DNA of 64,000 nucleotides from an uncultured Legionellales bacterium (GTDB taxonomy: Bacteria > Pseudomonadota > Gammaproteobacteria > Eutrophobiales > Eutrophobiaceae). The translations under genes were made by a program, and so were the position numbers. Below the pieces are notes generated by a model. It searched no databases, was not told the DNA's origin, and saw only the letters and a program-made list of their open reading frames with translations. Positions 20,261 through 29,380 of the stretch are shown here, in pieces. Numbering within the stretch: position 1 is the first letter of the stretch; each line of letters starts with the position of its first letter. The stretch covers positions 187-64,186 of the forward strand of contig CAJWQR010000003.1 of NCBI GenBank assembly GCA_913045195.1, written 5' to 3'.

Positions 20261-21213
20261 AAATGTTGATAACCTTTTGATTTAAATTTGTATATTTTTC
20301 CGTTCTCATCCATTAAGTTCAATTTTGAACAAGTTTGGTCAATTTTACCTATATAATGAATTTCTACTGTAGCAATCATCTCCTTTAAATCAGATTGAGA
20401 CATATTTTGAGGAGCTGTAAAACATAATTCATAATCATCTCCCCCCGTCAATGCAAGATCGATAGCTAACTCTTTATTTAGCTTTTTTAAACTATTTGAA
20501 TAAGGGATATTTGATAATTTTATCTCTGCCCCAACGTTACTAGCCTTAAGAATGTGATTAAGATCAGAAAATAAACCATCTGATACATCAATACAACTAG
20601 TTGCAATATCTCTTAATACTATTCCTGCTTGAATTCTCGGTTCGGGTTGATTTAATTTTTTGATTTCTTCCTTAGTTGGCTCTATGTTTTTATCAGGATT
20701 TAGAAAATACCTTAAAGTATATGCGGCAGCTCCTAATTCTCCAGTCACATAGATTAAGTCTCCAGGCTTAGCTCCGCTACGACATAGAAACCTTCCTTTT
20801 GGTACGGTACCATGCATCTGAATCGTAATTGATAGTGGGCCTTTTGTTAAATCTCCTCCAATAAGCGATAAAGAATATTTAGCAGCTAAATTATTAAATT
20901 GAGATGAAAATTCTTTTATCCAATCAATGTTATTCTCGGGAAGTGTTAATGATAAAGTTATCCATCGGGGAGCAGCCCCCATAGCAGCCATATCACTTAG
21001 ATTAACTAATACTGATTTGCTTGCAATATCCCTAGGTGAGGTATCTCTTAGAAAATGAACGCCTTCCACTAAAGTATCCATTGAAACTACTAATTCTTCG
21101 CCTTCACCAATACTTATAACAGCGGCATCATCACCAATACCTAACGTAGGGACGTACTGATTATTCAGTAATTTAGGTTTAAAATAATGCTCTATAATCT
21201 CAAATTCATTCAA
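20257..21213 (-). CDS. thiL: thiamine-monophosphate kinase
   Basis: LGIGDDAAVISIGEGEELVVSMDTLVEGVHF is the AIR-synthase-related N-terminus typical of ThiL. nusB-thiL synteny. Confidence 0.9.
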   Translation of the reverse strand: MNEFEIIEHYFKPKLLNNQYVPTLGIGDDAAVISIGEGEELVVSMDTLVEGVHFLRDTSPRDIASKSVLVNLSDMAAMGAAPRWITLSLTLPENNIDWIKEFSSQFNNLAAKYSLSLIGGDLTKGPLSITIQMHGTVPKGRFLCRSGAKPGDLIYVTGELGAAAYTLRYFLNPDKNIEPTKEEIKKLNQPEPRIQAGIVLRDIATSCIDVSDGLFSDLNHILKASNVGAEIKLSNIPYSNSLKKLNKELAIDLALTGGDDYELCFTAPQNMSQSDLKEMIATVEIHYIGKIDQTCSKLNLMDENGKIYKFKSKGYQHF

Positions 21214-21219
21214 AATCTT

Positions 21220-21678
21220 TCAGCTGACTAAATCTTTAGTTTCATTGCAACGTAACTCTTTAACAACCTTATCGAGTATACCATTAATATATTTATATGA
21301 ATTTTCTGCGCCAAATATTTTTGCAAGCCCAACAGATTCATTAATCACAGACCTCCATGGGATATCATTATGATATTCCAATTCGTAACAACCAATATGC
21401 AAAATAGCACGCTCTATAGTATCAAGCTCATCAACTGGCCTATCTAACAAATTAATTATTCTTGAATCGAGTTTTTGATGATTTGTAATTGTTCCTCTCA
21501 ATAATGATTTAAAGTAATTGATATCTGTTTTGGCAAGTTTATGTTTATCATTCTCAAATTCAGCAATAACCTCGTCTACATTCTTATTTGTAATAAACCA
21601 CTGATACAGGGCTTGGACTGCATTCTGTCTTGCTTTAATACGTCCACGTATATTTTCTTTATAGGATTTTATATTCAT
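21220..21678 (-). CDS. nusB: transcription antitermination factor NusB
   Basis: ARQNAVQALYQW...RAILHIGCYEL are NusB family signatures. The position between ribH and thiL is conserved. Confidence 0.9.
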   Translation of the reverse strand: MNIKSYKENIRGRIKARQNAVQALYQWFITNKNVDEVIAEFENDKHKLAKTDINYFKSLLRGTITNHQKLDSRIINLLDRPVDELDTIERAILHIGCYELEYHNDIPWRSVINESVGLAKIFGAENSYKYINGILDKVVKELRCNETKDLVS

Positions 21679-21680
21679 AA

Positions 21681-22127
21681 CTAAATATTTTGTAATGCCT
21701 CAACCATATCTAATGCCGCTTTTGCTGCTTCAGCCCCTTTATTTCCACCTTCACTTCCAGATCTTTTTAATGCTTGGTCTTTATTATTTACTGTTAAAAC
21801 ACCAAAAATAATTGGCGTGCCACTAGTTATTGCTAATCTTGAAATTCCACGCGCACATTCATTTGCAATAAATCCAAAATGTGGTGTTTCACCTCTAATA
21901 ATAACGCCAAGAGTTATAATTACATCATATATCTTCTTATCAAGTAACGTTTTGACTGCAACTGGAATTTCAAATGCGCCAGGGACATTAATAACTTTTA
22001 TTTCCTTTTCGATTATCCCATTTTCTTTAAATGTTGCTATGGCTCCATTATACAAACGATCTACAATAGAGTAGTTAAACTTACTAGCGACAATAGCAAT
22101 CTTTATATTATATTTTTTTATAGCCAT
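21681..22127 (-). CDS. ribH: 6,7-dimethyl-8-ribityllumazine synthase
   Basis: KIAIVASKFNYSIVDRLYNGA, VPGAFEIPVA, GVIIRGETPHFGFIA and GNKGAEAAKAALDMVEAL are colinear with E. coli RibE/RibH. The start is chosen at the Met of MAIKKYN. Confidence 0.9.
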   Translation of the reverse strand: MAIKKYNIKIAIVASKFNYSIVDRLYNGAIATFKENGIIEKEIKVINVPGAFEIPVAVKTLLDKKIYDVIITLGVIIRGETPHFGFIANECARGISRLAITSGTPIIFGVLTVNNKDQALKRSGSEGGNKGAEAAKAALDMVEALQNI

Positions 22128-22177
22128 TTTAATTTTAAATATCTCAAACAACAAATTTTTATTCTATGATATCAATT

Positions 22178-23287
22178 TCAATCATTAATATACTCAACAA
22201 TCTCAAGACCAAAACCAGAAAGTGCATGTATATGTTTTGGAGCACTTAATAAGCGCATTTTTTTGATTCCTAAATCAGATAATATTTGTGCCCCCAAACC
22301 AATGGTACGAGTATCCCAGCTAACATTAGTATTCTTCTTGTCTATCATATTTTTAGAAAGTCTATATGATTCTATCTGATTAATTAATTCTATAGATGTA
22401 TACTGATTGCATAAAATTACTAATACAGCCCTTTCTTCTTGGGAAAAACGTTTTAAAACATCATTAACTGGCCAACCACGATCTTTTGCCAAACTACCGG
22501 TTAAATCAGAAATAGGATTCTCGACATGTACACGTACGAGTGTTGGCTCGTCTGAGGCAAGAACACCCTTAACTAATGCTAAATGTAATCTCTTTTTTAA
22601 TTTATCTTGGTAAGCATGAAGCATAAATTCTCCGTATTGCGTTGGTAGATTGCATTCTGTTATATGCTCAACTGTCTTCTCATTTTCTTTTCTATAACTA
22701 ATTAGATCTGATATCGTTCCAATCTTTAAATCATGTTTTTCTGCAAATTTTTCTAAATCATCTCGTCTCGCCATTGAACCATCTTCGTTTAAAATCTCTA
22801 CTATCACTGCTGATGGCTGTAATCCTGCTAGTCTTGATAAATCGCAACCAGCTTCAGTATGTCCGGCTCTAGATAAAACTCCTCCCGATTGTGCCATCAA
22901 AGGAAAAACATGTCCTGGCTGAACTAAATCTGTTGCTTTTGCATTTGGTGCAACGGCTTTTTTAATAGTAAGTGCACGGTCAGCTGCTGAAATACCTGTC
23001 GTGACCCCATCTGCTGCTTCAATTGAAACTGTAAAATTAGTTGTAAAACCAGTATTAGAATGATTAGTCATTAAGGGAAGATTTAATTTTTTACAGTGCT
23101 TATCTGTCAGTGTTAAACAGATTAGTCCACGACCATAGCGCGCCATAAAATTTATATCTTCAGAGCTAATATAAGACGCAGCAATCACTAAATCACCTTC
23201 ATTTTCACGATCTTCATCGTCCATTAAAATGATCATACGACCATCTTGAATTTCTTTAATAAGTTCCTGGGTAGTATTAAGTGACAT
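22178..23287 (-). CDS. ribB: 3,4-dihydroxy-2-butanone-4-phosphate synthase fused to a degenerate GTP-cyclohydrolase-II-like domain (RibBX type)
   Basis: The N-terminal DHBP synthase carries [12 protein letters not shown] and RAGHTEAG. The C-terminal GCHII-like fold lacks the Zn-binding CxxC...C triad; [13 protein letters not shown] replaces RVHSEC.TGD. Confidence 0.85.
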   Translation of the reverse strand: MSLNTTQELIKEIQDGRMIILMDDEDRENEGDLVIAASYISSEDINFMARYGRGLICLTLTDKHCKKLNLPLMTNHSNTGFTTNFTVSIEAADGVTTGISAADRALTIKKAVAPNAKATDLVQPGHVFPLMAQSGGVLSRAGHTEAGCDLSRLAGLQPSAVIVEILNEDGSMARRDDLEKFAEKHDLKIGTISDLISYRKENEKTVEHITECNLPTQYGEFMLHAYQDKLKKRLHLALVKGVLASDEPTLVRVHVENPISDLTGSLAKDRGWPVNDVLKRFSQEERAVLVILCNQYTSIELINQIESYRLSKNMIDKKNTNVSWDTRTIGLGAQILSDLGIKKMRLLSAPKHIHALSGFGLEIVEYIND

Positions 23288-23310
23288 AATAAAAAATTCC
23301 GATATATTAT

Positions 23311-23901
23311 TTATTTTATTACTAATTTTTCTAGATAGCGTGCTATCAAATCAACCTCGATATTAACTTTAGTTCCAATATTATATTCTGAAATTATCGA
23401 TCCTGATAATGTATGAGGAATAATATTAATACTGAAGGTATTTTCCTTGGTTCCATTAATAGTAAGACTAACACCGTCAACCGAAATTGATCCCTTTTTG
23501 GAAATGTATTTTTCTAATTCTTCAGGAAACTCAATTAGTATAAGAATTGAACGGCCATCATTTCTCATTCCCTTTATAACACCAACGCCATCAACATGCC
23601 CAGCAATAAAATGACCATTAACCCTTGAAGAAAAACTCATTGCTTTTTCAAGATTTACTTTAGAATTAGCTCTCATTTCCATAAATGTTGTTAAGCTAAG
23701 GGTCTCCCTCGATAAGTCGGAACTAAATGAATCTTTTGTCTTTTCAATAATTGACAAACAAACCCCATTAACAGACATGCTATCGCCGATTTTCACATCA
23801 TCTAATTTCATTCTTCCAGCCTTAAAGACAATGCGACTATCAGGACCATTCGATTCAATCTTACTAATATTGCCTATTGCCTCAATAATTCCTGTAAACA
23901 T
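23311..23901 (-). CDS. ribE: riboflavin synthase (alpha chain)
   Basis: MFTGIIEAIG N-terminus with duplicated lumazine-binding halves. 196 aa. Confidence 0.9.
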   Translation of the reverse strand: MFTGIIEAIGNISKIESNGPDSRIVFKAGRMKLDDVKIGDSMSVNGVCLSIIEKTKDSFSSDLSRETLSLTTFMEMRANSKVNLEKAMSFSSRVNGHFIAGHVDGVGVIKGMRNDGRSILILIEFPEELEKYISKKGSISVDGVSLTINGTKENTFSINIIPHTLSGSIISEYNIGTKVNIEVDLIARYLEKLVIK

Positions 23902-23906
23902 AAGTA

Positions 23907-24998
23907 TTATTTTTTTATTACCATTGTTAATCTAATGTCTTTTCCAACTTTTCTAATGTCAGAAAATTCATATTCTCTCGCATAATTAATTTCATCTATT
24001 TTTTTTAAATTAAACAATGGAAATGATTTGTTACCAAATAATTTTGGCGCCATATATATAACTAACTCATCAACCAATCCTTCATCAATCATAGCGCCAG
24101 AAAATTTTGGTCCAGATTCTATTAGAATATCGTTTACCTCGTATTCAGTCGCTAAGTTTCTGCAAACATCATTTAACCAAGTATCTGATTTCATTAAACA
24201 GATGATATCAATATCACGATCTCTAAGTTTCTTTTTTTTTGTATCGTTTACTATTTGAGTATAAATAATTGTTCTGCCACCAAGACCAAATATTTTTGCA
24301 TTTTCTGGAACTCTAAAATTCCTATCTATAATTACTTTTATTGGCTCTTTAAAATCACACCCTAAATCTCGTGGATTTAATAAAGGATTATCTCTAGTAA
24401 TAGTCTCTACACTAGTTAAGATTGCGCTACTAGTGGCGCGTAAATTATGAGCATCTCTTCTTGCGTCAACAGAAGTAATCCACTGACTATTTCCATTAGC
24501 CAATGCAGTAGCTCCGTCTAATGATTGAGCCATTTTACATCGAATATATGGAAGACCTGTTTTCATTCGTTTAATAAAACCAATATTCAATTTCTTTGCT
24601 TCCATCTCTAACAATCCTTGTTTAATTTCTATACCTGATTTTTTAAGTTGCTCAATACCAAGCCCTGAAACCTTAGGATTTGGATCAACCATTGAAATAA
24701 ATAACTTTTTTATTTTTGCATTAATCAATGCATCAGTACATGGGGCTGTTCTACCTTGATAAGAGCAAGGCTCAAGAGTAACGTACATGGTTGCATCAAT
24801 TGCGCTATCACATGCATTAAGTGCGTTTATTTCTGCATGTGGTTCACCTGCCGTCTTATGCCAACCTTCGGCAATTACACTAGCATTCCTTGTTACGACA
24901 CAACCAACAAGTGGGTTAGGATTACAAGTATATTTTCCATATTTTGCCAACCGAATCGCATGTGACATAAATTGATAATCTTTTACTGTCCACATCAA
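23907..24998 (-). CDS. ribD: bifunctional diaminohydroxyphosphoribosylaminopyrimidine deaminase / 5-amino-6-(5-phosphoribosylamino)uracil reductase
   Basis: CMP/dCMP deaminase Zn motif HAEINAL...[14 protein letters not shown], plus a C-terminal reductase domain. Colinear with E. coli RibD. The true start may be an internal Met ~30 nt downstream of the ORF start. Confidence 0.9.
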   Translation of the reverse strand: MMWTVKDYQFMSHAIRLAKYGKYTCNPNPLVGCVVTRNASVIAEGWHKTAGEPHAEINALNACDSAIDATMYVTLEPCSYQGRTAPCTDALINAKIKKLFISMVDPNPKVSGLGIEQLKKSGIEIKQGLLEMEAKKLNIGFIKRMKTGLPYIRCKMAQSLDGATALANGNSQWITSVDARRDAHNLRATSSAILTSVETITRDNPLLNPRDLGCDFKEPIKVIIDRNFRVPENAKIFGLGGRTIIYTQIVNDTKKKKLRDRDIDIICLMKSDTWLNDVCRNLATEYEVNDILIESGPKFSGAMIDEGLVDELVIYMAPKLFGNKSFPLFNLKKIDEINYAREYEFSDIRKVGKDIRLTMVIKK

Positions 24999-25507
24999 TT
25001 CTCATCACCATCAGTTTGCAGAAGGTCTAGCTGATTTCTTTTCAATTCAGGTGGTAATTCGTGTTCTAAACGCTCTATTTCCTCTAGAAAAGCTCTAACA
25101 TCCTCAAAACTTCTATAAACAGAAGCAAATCTAACGTAAGCAACTTTATCAAGTTCTTTTAATTCTTCCATAACCCAATTACCAATTCTGATCGACTTTA
25201 CTTCTCTTTCTCCTATAGCACGAAGATTATTTTTTATATTAGAGATAGCGGATTCTACTCGCTCCATTTCAACGGGACATTTCTCAACAGCACGTAATAT
25301 TCCAGCTCTAAGTTTTTCTTCATCAAAGGGTTCGCGTCGACTATCAGACTTTATGATACGAGGAAGATTAAGTTCAATCGTTTCGTAAGTGGTAAATCTT
25401 CCCTTACAACCTATGCATTCACGGCGGCGGCGAATCTGATCTCCTTCGCCAACCTCACGTGAATCAATAACTTTCGTATCAAGATGACTGCAGAAAGGAC
25501 ATCGCAT
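24995..25507 (-). CDS. nrdR: transcriptional repressor NrdR
   Basis: [17 protein letters not shown] zinc ribbon followed by an ATP-cone. The acidic C-terminal extension is beyond typical length. Confidence 0.9.
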   Translation of the reverse strand: MRCPFCSHLDTKVIDSREVGEGDQIRRRRECIGCKGRFTTYETIELNLPRIIKSDSRREPFDEEKLRAGILRAVEKCPVEMERVESAISNIKNNLRAIGEREVKSIRIGNWVMEELKELDKVAYVRFASVYRSFEDVRAFLEEIERLEHELPPELKRNQLDLLQTDGDEN

Positions 25508-25594
25508 ATTTCAGCCCACTTATTATGATCTTAAATTCTTAATTAGAGATTGAAAAAATACAATCTCACAAGTAATAATCGTAAAAATTAAATT

Positions 25595-26863
25595 TTATAA
25601 ATCTTGATTAAATTCATATAAGGGTCTGCCCCTACAAAGCTCGAGAACTTCACCTTTCACACGTTTTATTACAGATGCATCTCCCATATTGTCCATAATA
25701 TCACAACACCAATTTGCAACTTGTTTAGAATCTGACTCATCAAATCCACGAGTCGTAATTGATGGTGTACCAATACGAATACCACTAGTAACAAAAGGTG
25801 ACTGAGGATCGTTCGGTACCGCATTTTTGTTGACAGTTATATTGGCAGAACCTAATGCAGCATCTACATCTTTACCTGTTAAACCTTTGTCTACCATGTC
25901 AACAAGAAACAAATGATTATCTGTTCCGCCAGACACAATTTTAAGACCGCGTTCAACAAATGTCTCTGCCATAACTTTTGCATTTTTTTTCACTTGCTGA
26001 ATATAGATCTTAAACTCAGGTTCCATAGCTTCTTTGAAAGCAACAGCCTTTGCAGCAATAATATGCATCAAGGGTCCGCCCTGATAAGATGGAAATACAG
26101 TAAAATTCACTTTCTTTTGAATTTCTTCATTGTCCTTACCCATAATTAATCCAGAACGAGGGCCACGAAGAGTTTTATGTGTTGTTGTTGTTGTTATATC
26201 AGCAATTTGCACGGGACTTGGGTATTCATCAACAGCAACAAGCCCCGCAATATGTGCAATATCAGATAACATAAGTGCGCCGACTTTATCTGCAATATCC
26301 CTAAATCGTTGCCAATCCACTATTCGCGAATATGCAGAAAATCCCGTAATAATAAGTTTGGGCTTAGTTTCAAGTGCTAGCTTCTCAGCCTCATCATAAT
26401 CAATTTCACCAGTATCGGCATTCAAACCATATTGTACTGCATTATATATACGGCCAGAGACATTAACACTTGCACCGTGAGTTAGATGGCCTCCATGCGC
26501 CAAACTCATGCCCATAATAGTATCCCCTGGTTCTAATAAAGCATGGAAAACAGCGCCATTTGCCTGTGAACCAGAATGAGACTGAACATTCGCCCAATCA
26601 GCGCCAAATAACTCAATAGCTCTGTCAATTGCAAGTTGCTCAGCAACATCAACAAATTCGCAACCTCCGTAATAACGTTTAGCCGGATACCCTTCGGCAT
26701 ATTTGTTCGTCAATACTGAACCTTGGCATTCCAGAACTCTTGGACTTGCCATATTTTCAGATGCAATTAATTCGATATGTTCTTCTTGACGACGCCTCTC
26801 TCCTTCCATAGCATTAAAAAGTTCATCATCAAAACCTTCAACTTTTATATTTTTACTAAACAT
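25595..26863 (-). CDS. glyA: serine hydroxymethyltransferase
   Basis: Near colinear with E. coli GlyA, including the PLP site [12 protein letters not shown]. Confidence 0.95.
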   Translation of the reverse strand: MFSKNIKVEGFDDELFNAMEGERRRQEEHIELIASENMASPRVLECQGSVLTNKYAEGYPAKRYYGGCEFVDVAEQLAIDRAIELFGADWANVQSHSGSQANGAVFHALLEPGDTIMGMSLAHGGHLTHGASVNVSGRIYNAVQYGLNADTGEIDYDEAEKLALETKPKLIITGFSAYSRIVDWQRFRDIADKVGALMLSDIAHIAGLVAVDEYPSPVQIADITTTTTHKTLRGPRSGLIMGKDNEEIQKKVNFTVFPSYQGGPLMHIIAAKAVAFKEAMEPEFKIYIQQVKKNAKVMAETFVERGLKIVSGGTDNHLFLVDMVDKGLTGKDVDAALGSANITVNKNAVPNDPQSPFVTSGIRIGTPSITTRGFDESDSKQVANWCCDIMDNMGDASVIKRVKGEVLELCRGRPLYEFNQDL

Positions 26864-27338
26864 AAGTTTTCCTCAAATCACTTACTTACATATTTTTAAT
26901 TTTTAAAGCGAATTATTAAATACCACTATCTTAATTATTCTCAAAGGGTTTTCTTTTTTGAAATTCGCCTCAGTTTACATCACTAGCGCCAAAAGAGGCA
27001 TGGATATTAACAAAACCTAACATCTATTTCATTTTTCAAAAAGCCCCGAAATATATTTCGCTTATATCAAAAATAAGGACCGATTATTTTAAATTTTATA
27101 TATGTAAGATATTGAAAAATATATATTTTTTTGCAGTTTATATCAAAAAAATTCTCTTTTTTGAATTTTTATCACCCAAAAAAACCAACTAAAATGAAAA
27201 TCTATCAATATTATTATACAAAACAAAGGGATAATGTTGTATATATATAGAATAGTCAATAATTTGGTTAATATCTTAAAATTAGACGTATTTTAAAAAC
27301 TATAAAATCAGTTATATACCCTAAAAAGTTATTTAATC
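26864..27338. promoter_or_regulatory. 475-bp AT-rich divergent intergenic region between glyA (-) and hpt (+), with short direct repeats
   Basis: It is the longest non-coding stretch in the window. Two recurring motifs are present (tttatatcaaaaa twice; cttttttgaa(a)tt twice). Promoters for both flanking operons must lie here. No specific operator was recognised. Confidence 0.4.
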
Positions 27339-27377
27339 GTGATAAAACAAAAAAATAAGCATCAAAAAACTACATTA

Positions 27378-27941
27378 ATGATCAATCAAAAAATATCTGA
27401 TGAAAATTACCAAAGAGTGATAAATGATGCAGAGCTCTTATATACCGATACAGAAATAAATAAAACCATTGATAATATTAGTAAAGCAATTACGAAAGAA
27501 TTAAAAACAAGTAACCCTATAATAATGCCAATAATGATTGGTGGTTTAATACTGGCTGGGCGATTAATTCCAAAATTAAATTTCCCTCTACAAGTAGATT
27601 ATATCCATGCTACTCGTTATAACGGTAATACTCGTGGCGGCAAATTAAATTGGCTCAAAAAACCTAATAAATCTTTAGTAGATAAAACAATTTTATTAAT
27701 TGACGATATCCTAGATGAGGGTATTACTCTATCTGAGATAATTAAATACTGTTATTCACAAGGCGCAAAGAAAGTTCTTTCAGCTGTACTTGTTAAGAAA
27801 AATATAGAAAATAAAAAACCAGCAGAAAATGTTGACTATTTTGGCTTCATTGTTCCAAATGTATATATATTCGGATATGGAATGGATTATTGCGAATATC
27901 ATAGAAATGCGCCTGGTATTTATGCGGTTACAAAATCATGA
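27378..27941 (+). CDS. hpt: hypoxanthine-guanine phosphoribosyltransferase
   Basis: PRPP-binding motif ILLIDDILDEGITL. FGFIVPNVYIFGYGMDY is the Hpt family C-terminus. The ORF opens at 27339; an internal Met is chosen as the start. Confidence 0.85.
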   Translation: MINQKISDENYQRVINDAELLYTDTEINKTIDNISKAITKELKTSNPIIMPIMIGGLILAGRLIPKLNFPLQVDYIHATRYNGNTRGGKLNWLKKPNKSLVDKTILLIDDILDEGITLSEIIKYCYSQGAKKVLSAVLVKKNIENKKPAENVDYFGFIVPNVYIFGYGMDYCEYHRNAPGIYAVTKS

Positions 27942-28678
27942 GCATAGCAATTATTGGTGGTAGCGGACTCAGCAAATTACCAGAAGTCAAAATTAATGAT
28001 GAAATTATTATTGATACTCCATGGGGAAAACCATCAGCCCCGATAATAATTGGTGAAATAAATAAAACCAGCATAATATTTCTACCTCGCCATGGAAATG
28101 ATCATGCAATTCCTCCCCATAAAATAAATTACCGCGCAAATATATGGGCACTGAATAAAATAAATGCTAGTAAAATAATTAGTGTTAACACTGTTGGCGG
28201 GATAACAGAATTGATGAATCCGGAGACTATTATTGTGCCTGATCAAATAATTGACTATACATCTGGCAGAAAAAGTACATTTTATGAAAAAGATCTTGAG
28301 GGTGTGAAGCATATTGATTTCACAATGCCATATGCAGAAACGCTACGCGATCAATTAATTAAAGCTGCACAAGCAATCAAACTTAAAATTTTTACCAAAG
28401 GAGTCTATGGGGTGACACAGGGGCCAAGACTAGAAACAGCTGCAGAAATTTCAAGACTTGAAAGAGATGGTTGTGATGTTGTTGGTATGACAGGAATGCC
28501 TGAAGCGAGCCTTGCTAGGGAACTTGGTTTAGATTATGCCTGTTGCGGGTTAATTGTAAACTGGGCTGCCGGTAAATCTGATATGCCTATTACCATGGAA
28601 ATAATTGAGAAAAATCTAAAAAATGGACTTAATAATATAAACCTATTAATTGCTGGGGTACTGCGAAATTTTAATTAA
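27938..28678 (+). CDS. MTAP-family purine nucleoside phosphorylase (5'-methylthioadenosine or methylthioinosine phosphorylase)
   Basis: IAIIGGSGLSKLPE...FLPRHGNDHAIPPHKINYRANIWAL...VGMTGMPEASLAREL fits PNP family 2 (MTAP). The ATGA start/stop overlaps hpt. Confidence 0.8.
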   Translation: MSIAIIGGSGLSKLPEVKINDEIIIDTPWGKPSAPIIIGEINKTSIIFLPRHGNDHAIPPHKINYRANIWALNKINASKIISVNTVGGITELMNPETIIVPDQIIDYTSGRKSTFYEKDLEGVKHIDFTMPYAETLRDQLIKAAQAIKLKIFTKGVYGVTQGPRLETAAEISRLERDGCDVVGMTGMPEASLARELGLDYACCGLIVNWAAGKSDMPITMEIIEKNLKNGLNNINLLIAGVLRNFN

Positions 28679-29373
28679 GATTCTTCTATACGGCTAACTT
28701 GTAGAATTACTCCATACAGTGGATTATCAAAGTAATGTATTTCGTTTAATTTAATTTTACGTGATTCTTTAAGTTGTATAGTTAATTCTTTAAATCTTGA
28801 ATTAGAAAATTCAACCTCTTTATTAATTATTTTATTATCGTTATATAAATTCTTAAAATAGTAAATATCAAGATCAACATGTAAATAAAAATTACTTCTT
28901 ATTCTTATTGAACCATCAATAATTTTTTTTGTTTTCGTTAAATCTTCTATAAAATTAGGTTCCTCAGGTATTGCTAAAATCTCTTCTTTCGGGACTTCGC
29001 TTTCACTATCATACTTCATATGAATATAACGCGATTGCCTAAGTTTTGTTGCGGGTTGCTGCCATGATAAATGGATTAAAGGCCTATATTCTCTTGATAA
29101 CTTTAAAACTCTAAAAATACCATGCATCCGATTATTTTTTTCATCCATAATCATATATGGCGCCAATCCTTGATCATGATTCATTTCGTGATTCGGATAT
29201 AATTCGATCATATCGGGACGAATTTTAGGCTCTCCATTTACCCATTTTTCTTCCCCAAGATCAGGATTTATTCTGTCGAAAATAATAACTTCTACTTGAT
29301 ACCAGGATTCCGCAAAAACATTAAATGATATAAAGGGGAATAATAATATTAGAATATATATAATTTTCTTCAT
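28675..29373 (-). CDS. secreted CsiV-family-like protein (function unknown)
   Basis: Signal peptide followed by WYQVEVIIF, and the C-terminal HYFDNPLYGVILQV resembles the CsiV-family DHP-type motif. It lies immediately downstream of mfd, as CsiV-family genes do in other gammaproteobacteria. Recognition is from memory only. Confidence 0.5.
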   Translation of the reverse strand: MKKIIYILILLFPFISFNVFAESWYQVEVIIFDRINPDLGEEKWVNGEPKIRPDMIELYPNHEMNHDQGLAPYMIMDEKNNRMHGIFRVLKLSREYRPLIHLSWQQPATKLRQSRYIHMKYDSESEVPKEEILAIPEEPNFIEDLTKTKKIIDGSIRIRSNFYLHVDLDIYYFKNLYNDNKIINKEVEFSNSRFKELTIQLKESRKIKLNEIHYFDNPLYGVILQVSRIEES

Positions 29374-29380
29374 ATCGCTA

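Noticed and set aside
26864-27338. ZTP (pfl) riboswitch upstream of glyA
   Set aside because: Searched the reverse complement of the spacer for the conserved GGGTCGTGAC / CCGCCTGGGC elements; none present.
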